From: an uncultured virus (IMG/VR IMGVR_UViG_3300042973_000010)
Lineage: Duplodnaviria > Heunggongvirae > Uroviricota > Caudoviricetes
Virus record (IMG/VR): IMGVR_UViG_3300042973_000010
DNA: 20,000 nt
Direction: 5' to 3' (one strand)
The notes beneath the pieces were generated by a model. That model did not search any database, was not told the DNA's origin, and saw nothing but the letters and a program-made list of their open reading frames with translations. The translations under genes were made by a program, and so were the position numbers. Below are positions 6,777-13,778 of the stretch, in pieces (within the stretch, counting starts at the first letter, position 1; each line of letters starts with the position of its first letter).

Positions 6777-8765
6777 TCAATCTTTTTTATAGAATGGCGT
6801 GGTATAACCGTCAGCACGAAGAATAAGCCCAGGAGTCCACGGCGGTGTGCGGCCCATCTGCTCGCAGATCGCGTCAAGGGAGACCGATGGGTCTGCTTCG
6901 ATAATCAGCTCATCATGAACGTGCATGACGATCCGGCAGTTTCGAAGCGTCTTCATAGCGTAGCACAGAATGTCGCGGGAAGTGGCCTGTACGATGTTTT
7001 CCACGAATTTCGGACCATAGGAGTCGAGACGCTCCCATTTCTTAGAAGGGCCGATGCCCTCATAGGTGATACATTCGCTGCCGAACCTGTTTGTTCCGAT
7101 CTTCGGTTTTACGTAAGCGAGCCTCCTGCCGGAAGGCAACCGGATGAAAAGCATCCCGGAGCGGTATTCGATCTTCAAACCGTAAATGATGGAAGGAATA
7201 TGATAGCGTACGGCGTCCATAACCGCCCGGTCAATGTCCCACCAGAACCGGACGATGCGGGGGTTCGTCTGCCTCCACGCGTCGACCAAGGGAGGAAGCT
7301 CATCCTCGGAGAGTCCCATCTCGAGCGCGCCCATCGCCTTGAGCGCCCCGACCGACCCGCCGTAGCCGAGCGCAAGCTCCGCGATCTTGCCTTTCTGCCG
7401 CAGGTGCCCGTTCACCCCGTGTTTTTCGACCGGCACATGGAACATCTGGGAAGCCGATGCGCAGTAGATGTCGCCGCCGTCCTCGAATACCTTTTGCCGC
7501 CACTTCTCGCCGGCGTACCATGCGATCACCCTTGCCTCGATGGCGGAGAAGTCGGCGACGTAGAAAAGCATGCCGTCCTTCGGGATGAAGGCCGTCCGGA
7601 TGAGCTGCGAGAGCGTGTCCGGGACATCCTCGTAGAGCATCTTGACGGCCTCGAAGTCCCCGGACTTCACCAGTGCGCGGGCGGAGGAGAGATCCTCCAG
7701 ATGGTTCTGTGGGAGGTTCTGCAGCTGGATCAGGCGTCCGGCCCAGCGGCCTGTTCGGTTTGCGCCGTAGAATGCGAACATGCCTCTGGCCCGGCCGTCA
7801 TCGCACACGGCCCGCTGCATGGTCTGATATTTCTTCACGGATGACTTTGATAGCTGCTGGCGGAGCTCAAGGGCTTCCTTAAGTCTTGGCGGAACGGATT
7901 CGATGAGCTTGGCGACTTCCTTTTTCCCGAGGCTTTCCACTTCGACTCCCTGCAAAGCCAGCCACTGTTTCATCTGCTGCACGCTGTTCGGATTATCAAG
8001 CGATGTCAGTTCCTTCATGGCAGCGGTGAGTTCCGCACGGGAACGGGTATCCAATTCGATCGCTTTTTCCACGAGATCCATATCCAGACGTACGCCGCGG
8101 TCGTTGATCTCCTGATCGATGTGGTATTCGTCCCATACGAAGTCCGGCACCGGGAACTTGGACAGGCGTTCCTTGATTCCCATTTCCGTTTCTACGTCCC
8201 GGATGTTATATCGCTTGAAGGCTTCCCATCTATTCAGAGCATCGCGGGGAAGGTTTCTGGTCCGGCCACCGTTCGATTTCGTTGGAGCACAGGGAACGCA
8301 GAAATATTTAATGAGGTCTTTTCCTTCGGTGAGCTTCTGTTTCTCCAGTCCGAGGACAGCACCGACGCCTTCAAGAGAACGCGGCAGTCCCATCGTGGAA
8401 GCCCAGACCATCGAGCATCGCCAGCTTTTTGGACTTAAGAAACGGGCACGTTTCATGGACAAAGGATGATCATCGAAAAACGGATCGAGACTGATTTCCA
8501 TGTCACGAAGATACCTGGAGAGGCATACTCGTTCGAAGTTCGCGTTGTATGCCCATTTGACGACCTCGTCACTGACAAGCGCGTCGATGAGTTCCGGCGG
8601 AAGCCTTTCTCCCTGTGCGAGGTCGATCGTCTTGACTTCGCCGCCGTCAACGGCATATCCGAAAAGCAGAATCTCAAAGGTGGGTGATTCGGCGTACTTG
8701 TATACACCGCATTTACCAAGGCTGACGTCGCTATATGTTTCAATGTCGATGCTGAGTGTTTTCAA
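6777..8765 (-). CDS. Phage family A DNA polymerase with 3'-5' exonuclease domain
   Basis: 662 aa, TTG start with GGAGG RBS. ExoI SIDIET, AYNANFER, RTGRW, motif A ADFSAIEARV, motif B RQKGKIAELALGYG, motif C HVHDE. Confidence 0.96.
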   Translation of the reverse strand: MKTLSIDIETYSDVSLGKCGVYKYAESPTFEILLFGYAVDGGEVKTIDLAQGERLPPELIDALVSDEVVKWAYNANFERVCLSRYLRDMEISLDPFFDDHPLSMKRARFLSPKSWRCSMVWASTMGLPRSLEGVGAVLGLEKQKLTEGKDLIKYFCVPCAPTKSNGGRTRNLPRDALNRWEAFKRYNIRDVETEMGIKERLSKFPVPDFVWDEYHIDQEINDRGVRLDMDLVEKAIELDTRSRAELTAAMKELTSLDNPNSVQQMKQWLALQGVEVESLGKKEVAKLIESVPPRLKEALELRQQLSKSSVKKYQTMQRAVCDDGRARGMFAFYGANRTGRWAGRLIQLQNLPQNHLEDLSSARALVKSGDFEAVKMLYEDVPDTLSQLIRTAFIPKDGMLFYVADFSAIEARVIAWYAGEKWRQKVFEDGGDIYCASASQMFHVPVEKHGVNGHLRQKGKIAELALGYGGSVGALKAMGALEMGLSEDELPPLVDAWRQTNPRIVRFWWDIDRAVMDAVRYHIPSIIYGLKIEYRSGMLFIRLPSGRRLAYVKPKIGTNRFGSECITYEGIGPSKKWERLDSYGPKFVENIVQATSRDILCYAMKTLRNCRIVMHVHDELIIEADPSVSLDAICEQMGRTPPWTPGLILRADGYTTPFYKKD

Positions 8766-8780
8766 TTTCTACCTCCAATC

Positions 8781-8810
8781 AAACAAGCGGTGGAGACCTC
8801 TCCCCACCGC
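8781..8810 (-). terminator. Hairpin (weak terminator or attenuator) just upstream of the polymerase RBS
   Basis: GCGGTGG (8787-8793) and CCACCGC (8804-8810), followed by TTGTTT on the minus strand. Confidence 0.5.
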
Positions 8811-8822
8811 CTGCCGTCTGTT

Positions 8823-9041
8823 TTACTTTGAGTTCAGCTCTTTCATCCGCGCTTCGTGGTATTCCTTGTCACGCTGTGCCTTTTCAAGCTCGAGCTTTTT
8901 CCTATCGGCTTCCCACTTCGCGTTTTCCTTGTCGCGCCTGCGGTCATCGACCGTATCAACAATCGAACGAACGATCCAGAAAATGGCGAGGATAATATAC
9001 AGGGCCAGGGTCAAAGCGCAGAGAACATATGTCCAAGTCAT
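8823..9041 (-). CDS. Small single-pass membrane protein with charged coiled-coil tail (72 aa)
   Basis: AAGGAGG RBS. Hydrophobic N-terminus WTYVLCALTLALYIILAIFWIV followed by a K/E/R-rich helix. Fills the gap between the SSB and polymerase genes. Confidence 0.75.
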   Translation of the reverse strand: MTWTYVLCALTLALYIILAIFWIVRSIVDTVDDRRRDKENAKWEADRKKLELEKAQRDKEYHEARMKELNSK

Positions 9042-9052
9042 GGTAGCCTCCT

Positions 9053-9619
9053 TCAGTTCAGGAAATCTTCATCGTCATCGGTTGCAAAATCGGACTCGGC
9101 ACTTGCCTTGCCTCCGAGCGGCTCACCGTCGCGGATCTTCTGCAGGTTGTTAAGCCCGCAGGCGATGCCCTTGTTGCCGGAGCTGTTGAAGGCGTAGAAG
9201 GTGATGGAAGCACGCCCGTAAACGCCGCTGTACACCTCCGAGCGGGTGAGAATCGGATTCAGATCAGCATCCACGATGCCCGGCGCTGTTGTGGCGTTCG
9301 CATTGACGAAGTAAGCGTTTTTGTACGCCTCATCGTCCGGACGCTCTGCGTCGCCGTCACGGAGAGGGGTCTTGATCGCCGACAGGGCCGGCACGGTCTT
9401 TCCGTTTCCGCGGAGCTTTGCCTCGCCTTCCTTGTAGGCCGCCTCGATGGCCGCCTTGATCTTGGTAAGCGTTGCGGTATCGGACTTCGGAATGATGAGG
9501 CTGACGCTGTATTTAGGAGTCCCGCCGTTGATCGACTTCGGCTCCCAAACGTTTGCGTAGCTCCAGCGGGTGTTCGGTCCAGTGATGACCTTCATCGGGT
9601 TAGCGATTCTTTTACTCAT
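9053..9619 (-). CDS. DUF2815 family single-stranded DNA-binding protein
   Basis: TRWSYANVWEPKSINGGTPKYSVSLIIPKSD...PLRDGD...YSGVYGRAS...NKGIACGLNNLQK, with acidic tail DDDEDFLN. Confidence 0.92.
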   Translation of the reverse strand: MSKRIANPMKVITGPNTRWSYANVWEPKSINGGTPKYSVSLIIPKSDTATLTKIKAAIEAAYKEGEAKLRGNGKTVPALSAIKTPLRDGDAERPDDEAYKNAYFVNANATTAPGIVDADLNPILTRSEVYSGVYGRASITFYAFNSSGNKGIACGLNNLQKIRDGEPLGGKASAESDFATDDDEDFLN

Positions 9620-10751
9620 GATCTTTTTCCTCCATAAAATCGTTTTTTGCTGTGTTCATGGCCGGGCGCTTGTCGCTGTCCGGCACGAGAGTAGGTTTGC
9701 CCTGTGGTTTCTCAATGTAGGCTGTAAGAAGCTCCTCAAAGCGGTTCTTTCCGAGCATTTTCTGCATAGCGGTGATACCAAGCAGCTTCTTCTCATACGG
9801 GTCGTACCCGGCATCAGCGACTGCCTTGGCGACGGATGTCTCGTCGGTGTACTTGCGGACGGATCGTCCCTCGACCAGCTTGAAGCCGTGCCATTCCTTT
9901 CCGGAAAGCGCCTTCTGGAGCGCGTATTCCTTGATGTCGGATGCCCATGAGACCAGTCCGTCCACCTTGGAAAGAATGACCTCGATCTCAGCGTCGGACA
10001 GTTCCGGTGGCAGCTTGAAATCATGCTGCGCGAGCTTCAGGTTCTCCTCGGCCCGGGCACGGCAGATATTCTTCGATTTGCAGAACCGGCACCAGTCGCC
10101 GCAGGAGAAATTTCCCTTGCCGTCCCATGCGAGATTCGCTGCGGGCTTCAGAACTTCTTCGGCCCAGGTGAGCAGATCGATTTTCGGAAGCTGCCACTCA
10201 CTGATGTTCTGGCGTCTCGGCTGGTAGATATGCAGGGCGATGTCGTCGATATCGTAGATGCCATCGAAGAGAGACAAGGCTCCGAGCGCGTAACATTTGA
10301 GCTGCGGATTGTCCTCTGCTGAGACCTCGATTCCGGTCCCGTACTTGAGGTCTATGATGTGGAGCGTTCCGTCTGCGATGACAAGTGCATCTGCGGTGCC
10401 GAAGCCCTGTTTCACCCAATGGGAGAAATCTACGCGCTGTTCAACCATGACAGTCGGGTCTGCACAGGTTTCCTTTGCGGCCTGCACCTGTTCGAGTACG
10501 TAGCTGACGTATCCGTCGGTCGCCTCATCCATTTCCTCGTTATAGAAATCGAGGTTCTCTGTCGGATCGTCCGCAGGATAACCGAGCGCCTTGCGGAGTT
10601 TGTATTCGGCAAGAGCGTGTGCGCAGGTTCCTTCCAAGGCGTAGATGCTTCCGTTGTCTTCAAATCTCTCACTGAGCCTGACGGACGGCGGGCAGTGAAG
10701 CCATCTGTCGGCAGACGAGGCAGAGAGAACGGCGTGTGAATTAGCTGCCAT
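9612..10751 (-). CDS. DUF2800 family Cas4-like PD-(D/E)xK nuclease
   Basis: HAVLSASSADRWLHCPPS, EGTCAH, VEQRVD, GFGTAD, IIDLKYG, NPQLKCYALG, WCRFCK...C (four-Cys Fe-S pattern). Confidence 0.92.
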   Translation of the reverse strand: MAANSHAVLSASSADRWLHCPPSVRLSERFEDNGSIYALEGTCAHALAEYKLRKALGYPADDPTENLDFYNEEMDEATDGYVSYVLEQVQAAKETCADPTVMVEQRVDFSHWVKQGFGTADALVIADGTLHIIDLKYGTGIEVSAEDNPQLKCYALGALSLFDGIYDIDDIALHIYQPRRQNISEWQLPKIDLLTWAEEVLKPAANLAWDGKGNFSCGDWCRFCKSKNICRARAEENLKLAQHDFKLPPELSDAEIEVILSKVDGLVSWASDIKEYALQKALSGKEWHGFKLVEGRSVRKYTDETSVAKAVADAGYDPYEKKLLGITAMQKMLGKNRFEELLTAYIEKPQGKPTLVPDSDKRPAMNTAKNDFMEEKDHE

Positions 10752-11070
10752 TTCCGAGCACCTCCGCGTCCTTCATCAGGGCTTCATAATCTGCCGGATT
10801 GACCTTTGAGAGCTTGTCTGCACCGTACTTCTTAAGCAGATCGCGTACCTCGGCGGTATATCCGGCACGGGACTTGTCCGCCAGTACAGCACGGACATCT
10901 TCGAGCTTCAGTTCTTTCTTCGCCGCTTTCTGTACCGACGCTGATTTGACTGAAGGATCATTCTCGGTTCCAGAGAACTGCTGATAAAGCCAGTCGGCAG
11001 CGTTGTTAATAGCAGCGGCCGCATCTCTGAGTTCTTGGATGGTCTGATCCATTTCGGCCATTTTTGACAT
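10741..11070 (-). CDS. Conserved phage hypothetical protein upstream of DUF2800 (109 aa)
   Basis: ATG at 11070 with AAGGAGG RBS. C-terminal LEDVRAVLADKSRAG...LLKKYGADKLS...YEAL pattern. Confidence 0.85.
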   Translation of the reverse strand: MSKMAEMDQTIQELRDAAAAINNAADWLYQQFSGTENDPSVKSASVQKAAKKELKLEDVRAVLADKSRAGYTAEVRDLLKKYGADKLSKVNPADYEALMKDAEVLGNGS

Positions 11071-11227
11071 AGGTTTTTCCTCCTTCCTCGGGTTGTCTGT
11101 CGGCGGCAAGAATCGTCAGGTTTCTTGCCAGTCTTGCGGATACGCGGCTGATGGCATTCAGGAGTCTGATCTCCTCATTTGCCGTGTTCACCGATGCGCC
11201 TCCGCTGTCTGCGTAGTTGCGATACAT
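11006..11227 (-). CDS. Small hypothetical phage protein (73 aa)
   Basis: ATG at 11227 after GAGAGGTG RBS, first ORF behind motif copy 3. MYRNYADSGG...EIRLLNAISRVSARLARNL. 3' end overlaps the next gene by 65 nt. Confidence 0.65.
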   Translation of the reverse strand: MYRNYADSGGASVNTANEEIRLLNAISRVSARLARNLTILAADRQPEEGGKTYVKNGRNGSDHPRTQRCGRCY

Positions 11228-11272
11228 GTTTTTCACCTCTCTTTCCGGGCTGGTTTCTTTGCCCTTCACCTT

Positions 11273-11304
11273 CCACTGGAGACGGGCAGGCAATTTGAGC
11301 GGAA
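11273..11304 (-). promoter_or_regulatory. Element-specific promoter-like motif, copy 3
   Basis: Plus strand CCACTGGAGA (11273-11282), 11 nt, TTTGAGCGGAA (11294-11304). Confidence 0.7.
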
Positions 11305-11305
11305 G

Positions 11306-11352
11306 AAAAATAAAAAAATCTGCCACTGTCCTGAAATTGGGACAGTGGCAGA
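11306..11352 (-). terminator. Rho-independent terminator after the sigma-like gene
   Basis: Perfect 13-bp stem TCTGCCACTGTCC/GGACAGTGGCAGA (11319-11331, 11340-11352), then TTTTTTTATTTTT on the minus strand. Confidence 0.85.
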
Positions 11353-11363
11353 CAGATAATGAA

Positions 11364-11864
11364 TTAGAAGTTACGATAGCCACGGAACTCGTCGCGGAAT
11401 TTCTTCATCTCATCGGCGAACGTTCTCTGTTTGCGCCCGAGAAGTTCGGCGACTTTACGGTCGGAGATGCCTTCCGGATGCTCCTGCCAGATTGCAATGA
11501 TGCGGTCGGCCTCCGGGTCGATTTCGTGAAGACGTTTGATGAGACGCTTCAGAAGGTCGCGGTCGGCCGTAATCTCTTCAGGTGTCGGCTTGTCATCCGG
11601 CACATAATCGCCCAGTGTTCCTTCGCCGTCCGGCAGCGGGTCGTCAAGGGAAACAGCGTTCCGATTGTGAAATTCGCAGTCATCACACATGCCATCGCAG
11701 AGCCACCATTTGCTGCGCGGGCAGAAGCATTCTCCGTGGTACTGCATGCGTTTCCTGAGTGCTGTGCGCCAGCGATCGAACTCACGGTACTGTTCCGCTG
11801 GAACCTCATACCAGGTGCCGGATTCTTTGTCGAAGATACGATTTTTGTTTGCTTTTTTTGACAT
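11364..11864 (-). CDS. Sigma-70 region-4-like transcriptional regulator (phage sigma-factor-like) with Cys cluster
   Basis: 166 aa. VSLDDP...TLGDYVPD...PEE region-3/4 linker, C-terminal HTH GISDRKVAELLGRKQRTF, N-terminal CxC-x7-C-x3-C-x2-C. AGGAGG RBS. Confidence 0.75.
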   Translation of the reverse strand: MSKKANKNRIFDKESGTWYEVPAEQYREFDRWRTALRKRMQYHGECFCPRSKWWLCDGMCDDCEFHNRNAVSLDDPLPDGEGTLGDYVPDDKPTPEEITADRDLLKRLIKRLHEIDPEADRIIAIWQEHPEGISDRKVAELLGRKQRTFADEMKKFRDEFRGYRNF

Positions 11865-11950
11865 AAAAATTTCCTCCTTTGATTGGCGTTTTGTGGTCAG
11901 TCACAGGAGGGAACTTCATAGTCAGTTCACGCTGCGTTCATATCATCGCG

Positions 11951-11979
11951 TTGAAAGAAGAATTAGCCGGTGATATAAT
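11951..11979 (+). promoter_or_regulatory. Near-consensus sigA promoter driving the rightward operon
   Basis: TTGAAA (11951-11956), 17 nt, TATAAT (11974-11979), with extended -10 TG at 11971-11972. Confidence 0.75.
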
Positions 11980-12092
11980 GTTTTAGTAGGTTTTGTTGTG
12001 GATTAATAATCCGCTTTTTCCCGCTGACAGAAGCATTAATGTTGACTAAAAAGGCTCCTGTGCTTTCCACAAGAGCCAGTGAGGAGTAGGGT

Positions 12093-12131
12093 TTGTCGCT
12101 TATCACGTTGTCGGGTTTGTCGCTTTTGTCG
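12093..12131. repeat. Four TTGTCG direct repeats, the last three at a 9-bp period
   Basis: TTGTCG at 12093, 12108, 12117 and 12126, just upstream of the orfA RBS. Confidence 0.7.
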
Positions 12132-12157
12132 GAGTTTTTGATAAAGAGGGACAATCA

Positions 12158-13078
12158 ATGTCAAATAGAGATAAATGGAGGCTGTGTGGCGGGACATTCT
12201 TCATACTGATTTCTGATGCTCGCAAAGCCATGCCGTCACATGACGAGATGTATATGGGAAAGAAAAGCGGCATCACTGAGCCGGAGACACTTTTTGCTCT
12301 TGCAAGAATAGTCACGCCGGATCTGCCAGAGCCTATGAGCTCCGAAGAAAAATCATGGCGTGATGGAACATTTGATTTCAAATCTTGTAAGGGATGGGGC
12401 TGGAAGCAGTATCGTTTCGTTGATGCTTCGGTCAGAGCATCATTCGATAGCAGGATTAAAAGCGAATATTCGAGTTGTCTTGAGCAGATGATGACATTTA
12501 CTAATAAGTATTTGGACCTGCGCACCAGTACGAAAAAGGATGAATATCTTGTAAAAGCTATTCTTGAACTTTTAGATGCCGACGAGGGAATAACTGACGA
12601 TACAAGGTTCTACGCAAATAAGGATGGAACGACCATAACCAAGGCTGAGCTTTTATCATCTCCTTCGGTGTGCCTTGAATCTTTTCTTCTCGGTATTTGG
12701 CATTACTGCATTGTCTGCATAAATAAAAACAGCATAGGTAAAGAAACCTATGCTGAATGGTGTCCTCCCACTGAGGGGAATAATGGGCGGCCTTATGTAG
12801 CTGAAATTGGTGAAACCAGCTCACGGAACGTAAATATTACCTATTGCGATTCTTCAACATTTGAAGATGATAAAACAGCTGATGAGGCAGACGATCCAGA
12901 GTCGGAAGTCATCGAGGCGATACCGGAATCCGATGAACAGAATGAACAGAAGAACCTCGAACAAACAATTAACCAGCCGAAAGTTTTTAATTTTAATTTT
13001 GAACAGTCTGGTGGGAACGGTAAGCAAATCGGATATGTAGAAAATTATTATGAGAAAGATGAGGAGGATAAACAATAG
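12158..13078 (+). CDS. OrfA, hypothetical protein (306 aa): globular region, acidic linker, C-terminal motif shared with OrfB
   Basis: Long ORF with GAGGG RBS. Stop codon overlaps the GTG of the next gene. No family recognised. Confidence 0.85.
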   Translation: MSNRDKWRLCGGTFFILISDARKAMPSHDEMYMGKKSGITEPETLFALARIVTPDLPEPMSSEEKSWRDGTFDFKSCKGWGWKQYRFVDASVRASFDSRIKSEYSSCLEQMMTFTNKYLDLRTSTKKDEYLVKAILELLDADEGITDDTRFYANKDGTTITKAELLSSPSVCLESFLLGIWHYCIVCINKNSIGKETYAEWCPPTEGNNGRPYVAEIGETSSRNVNITYCDSSTFEDDKTADEADDPESEVIEAIPESDEQNEQKNLEQTINQPKVFNFNFEQSGGNGKQIGYVENYYEKDEEDKQ

Positions 13079-13734
13079 TGACAAACGATGAAATTCAAAA
13101 GATATCTCCTCAGCTTCCTACTAATAAACAACCGCAGCAGATTGATGTTCACATGGAGCAGTCTGGTGGTGGGGGTAAACAATTCGGATTTGTAGAGCAT
13201 TATGAAGATCATAAGATGGTCGCTGTTTATCTCCCTCCCAGTGCAGACGATGACGATGACAATACGCCGGAGCAGATTGAATTGGATCTCAGCTGCTATA
13301 ACCTTTTTGTAATAGCTGATGAGATGTTTAAGGGAAAATATTTTATAGTTCCTAAAGACCGTGCTATTACGGCAGATAAATGCACATCGAAGGAACTATG
13401 GCCGTTGGCATATCTTACGGAAGAATGTATTCGAACAATAAAAACCTTTCCCGCGATATTTACGAGTACAAATCATTTATTTGCTCGGACAGATGAACGA
13501 CACAATGCTTTTTTCGGAATAGTTCGAGATGTCCGAGTAAAAGAAGAAGGCATCTGGATCTACTTTTATAAGTATAGAAAGCTCAAACAACAAATTCTGA
13601 ATGAGCACGCTTTGGAGTTTGCAATTCAAGGTACTGAATTTAAAAACGAGCTGGATGAAACACGCTGGTCAATAAAAAAGATCAATGTTGTGGAAGCACT
13701 GAATAAAAACGGTTGCAATATAAAGCTGTTATAG
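13078..13734 (+). CDS. OrfB, hypothetical protein (218 aa): N-terminal motif shared with OrfA, acidic linker, globular domain
   Basis: GTG start overlapping the orfA TAG (TAGTG), with GAGGAGG RBS at 13061-13067. Confidence 0.85.
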   Translation: MTNDEIQKISPQLPTNKQPQQIDVHMEQSGGGGKQFGFVEHYEDHKMVAVYLPPSADDDDDNTPEQIELDLSCYNLFVIADEMFKGKYFIVPKDRAITADKCTSKELWPLAYLTEECIRTIKTFPAIFTSTNHLFARTDERHNAFFGIVRDVRVKEEGIWIYFYKYRKLKQQILNEHALEFAIQGTEFKNELDETRWSIKKINVVEALNKNGCNIKLL

Positions 13735-13778
13735 GTTCAACTCATGAAATGTAATACTACGAAGTATGGAGGTAATAC

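Noticed and set aside
6915..7844. 309-aa plus-strand ORF
   Set aside because: Antisense to the polymerase within its GC-rich patch, where stop codons are scarce.
9612..10751. Cas4-like nuclease as evidence of a CRISPR-Cas system
   Set aside because: No cas1/cas2 or array. DUF2800 beside DUF2815 and PolA is a standard phage replication/recombination gene.
5772..11304. Repeated CCACTGGAGA…TTTGAGCGGAA units as a CRISPR array or att sites
   Set aside because: Copies are 0.9 and 4.6 kb apart, bipartite with a variable centre, and always sit between a terminator and an RBS, which fits promoters.
11963..12154. 63-aa minus-strand ORF with SDKSDKPD repeats
   Set aside because: The peptide repeat simply reflects the 9-bp DNA repeats. 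Non-ATG start and overlap with the rightward promoter region. A leader peptide cannot be fully excluded.
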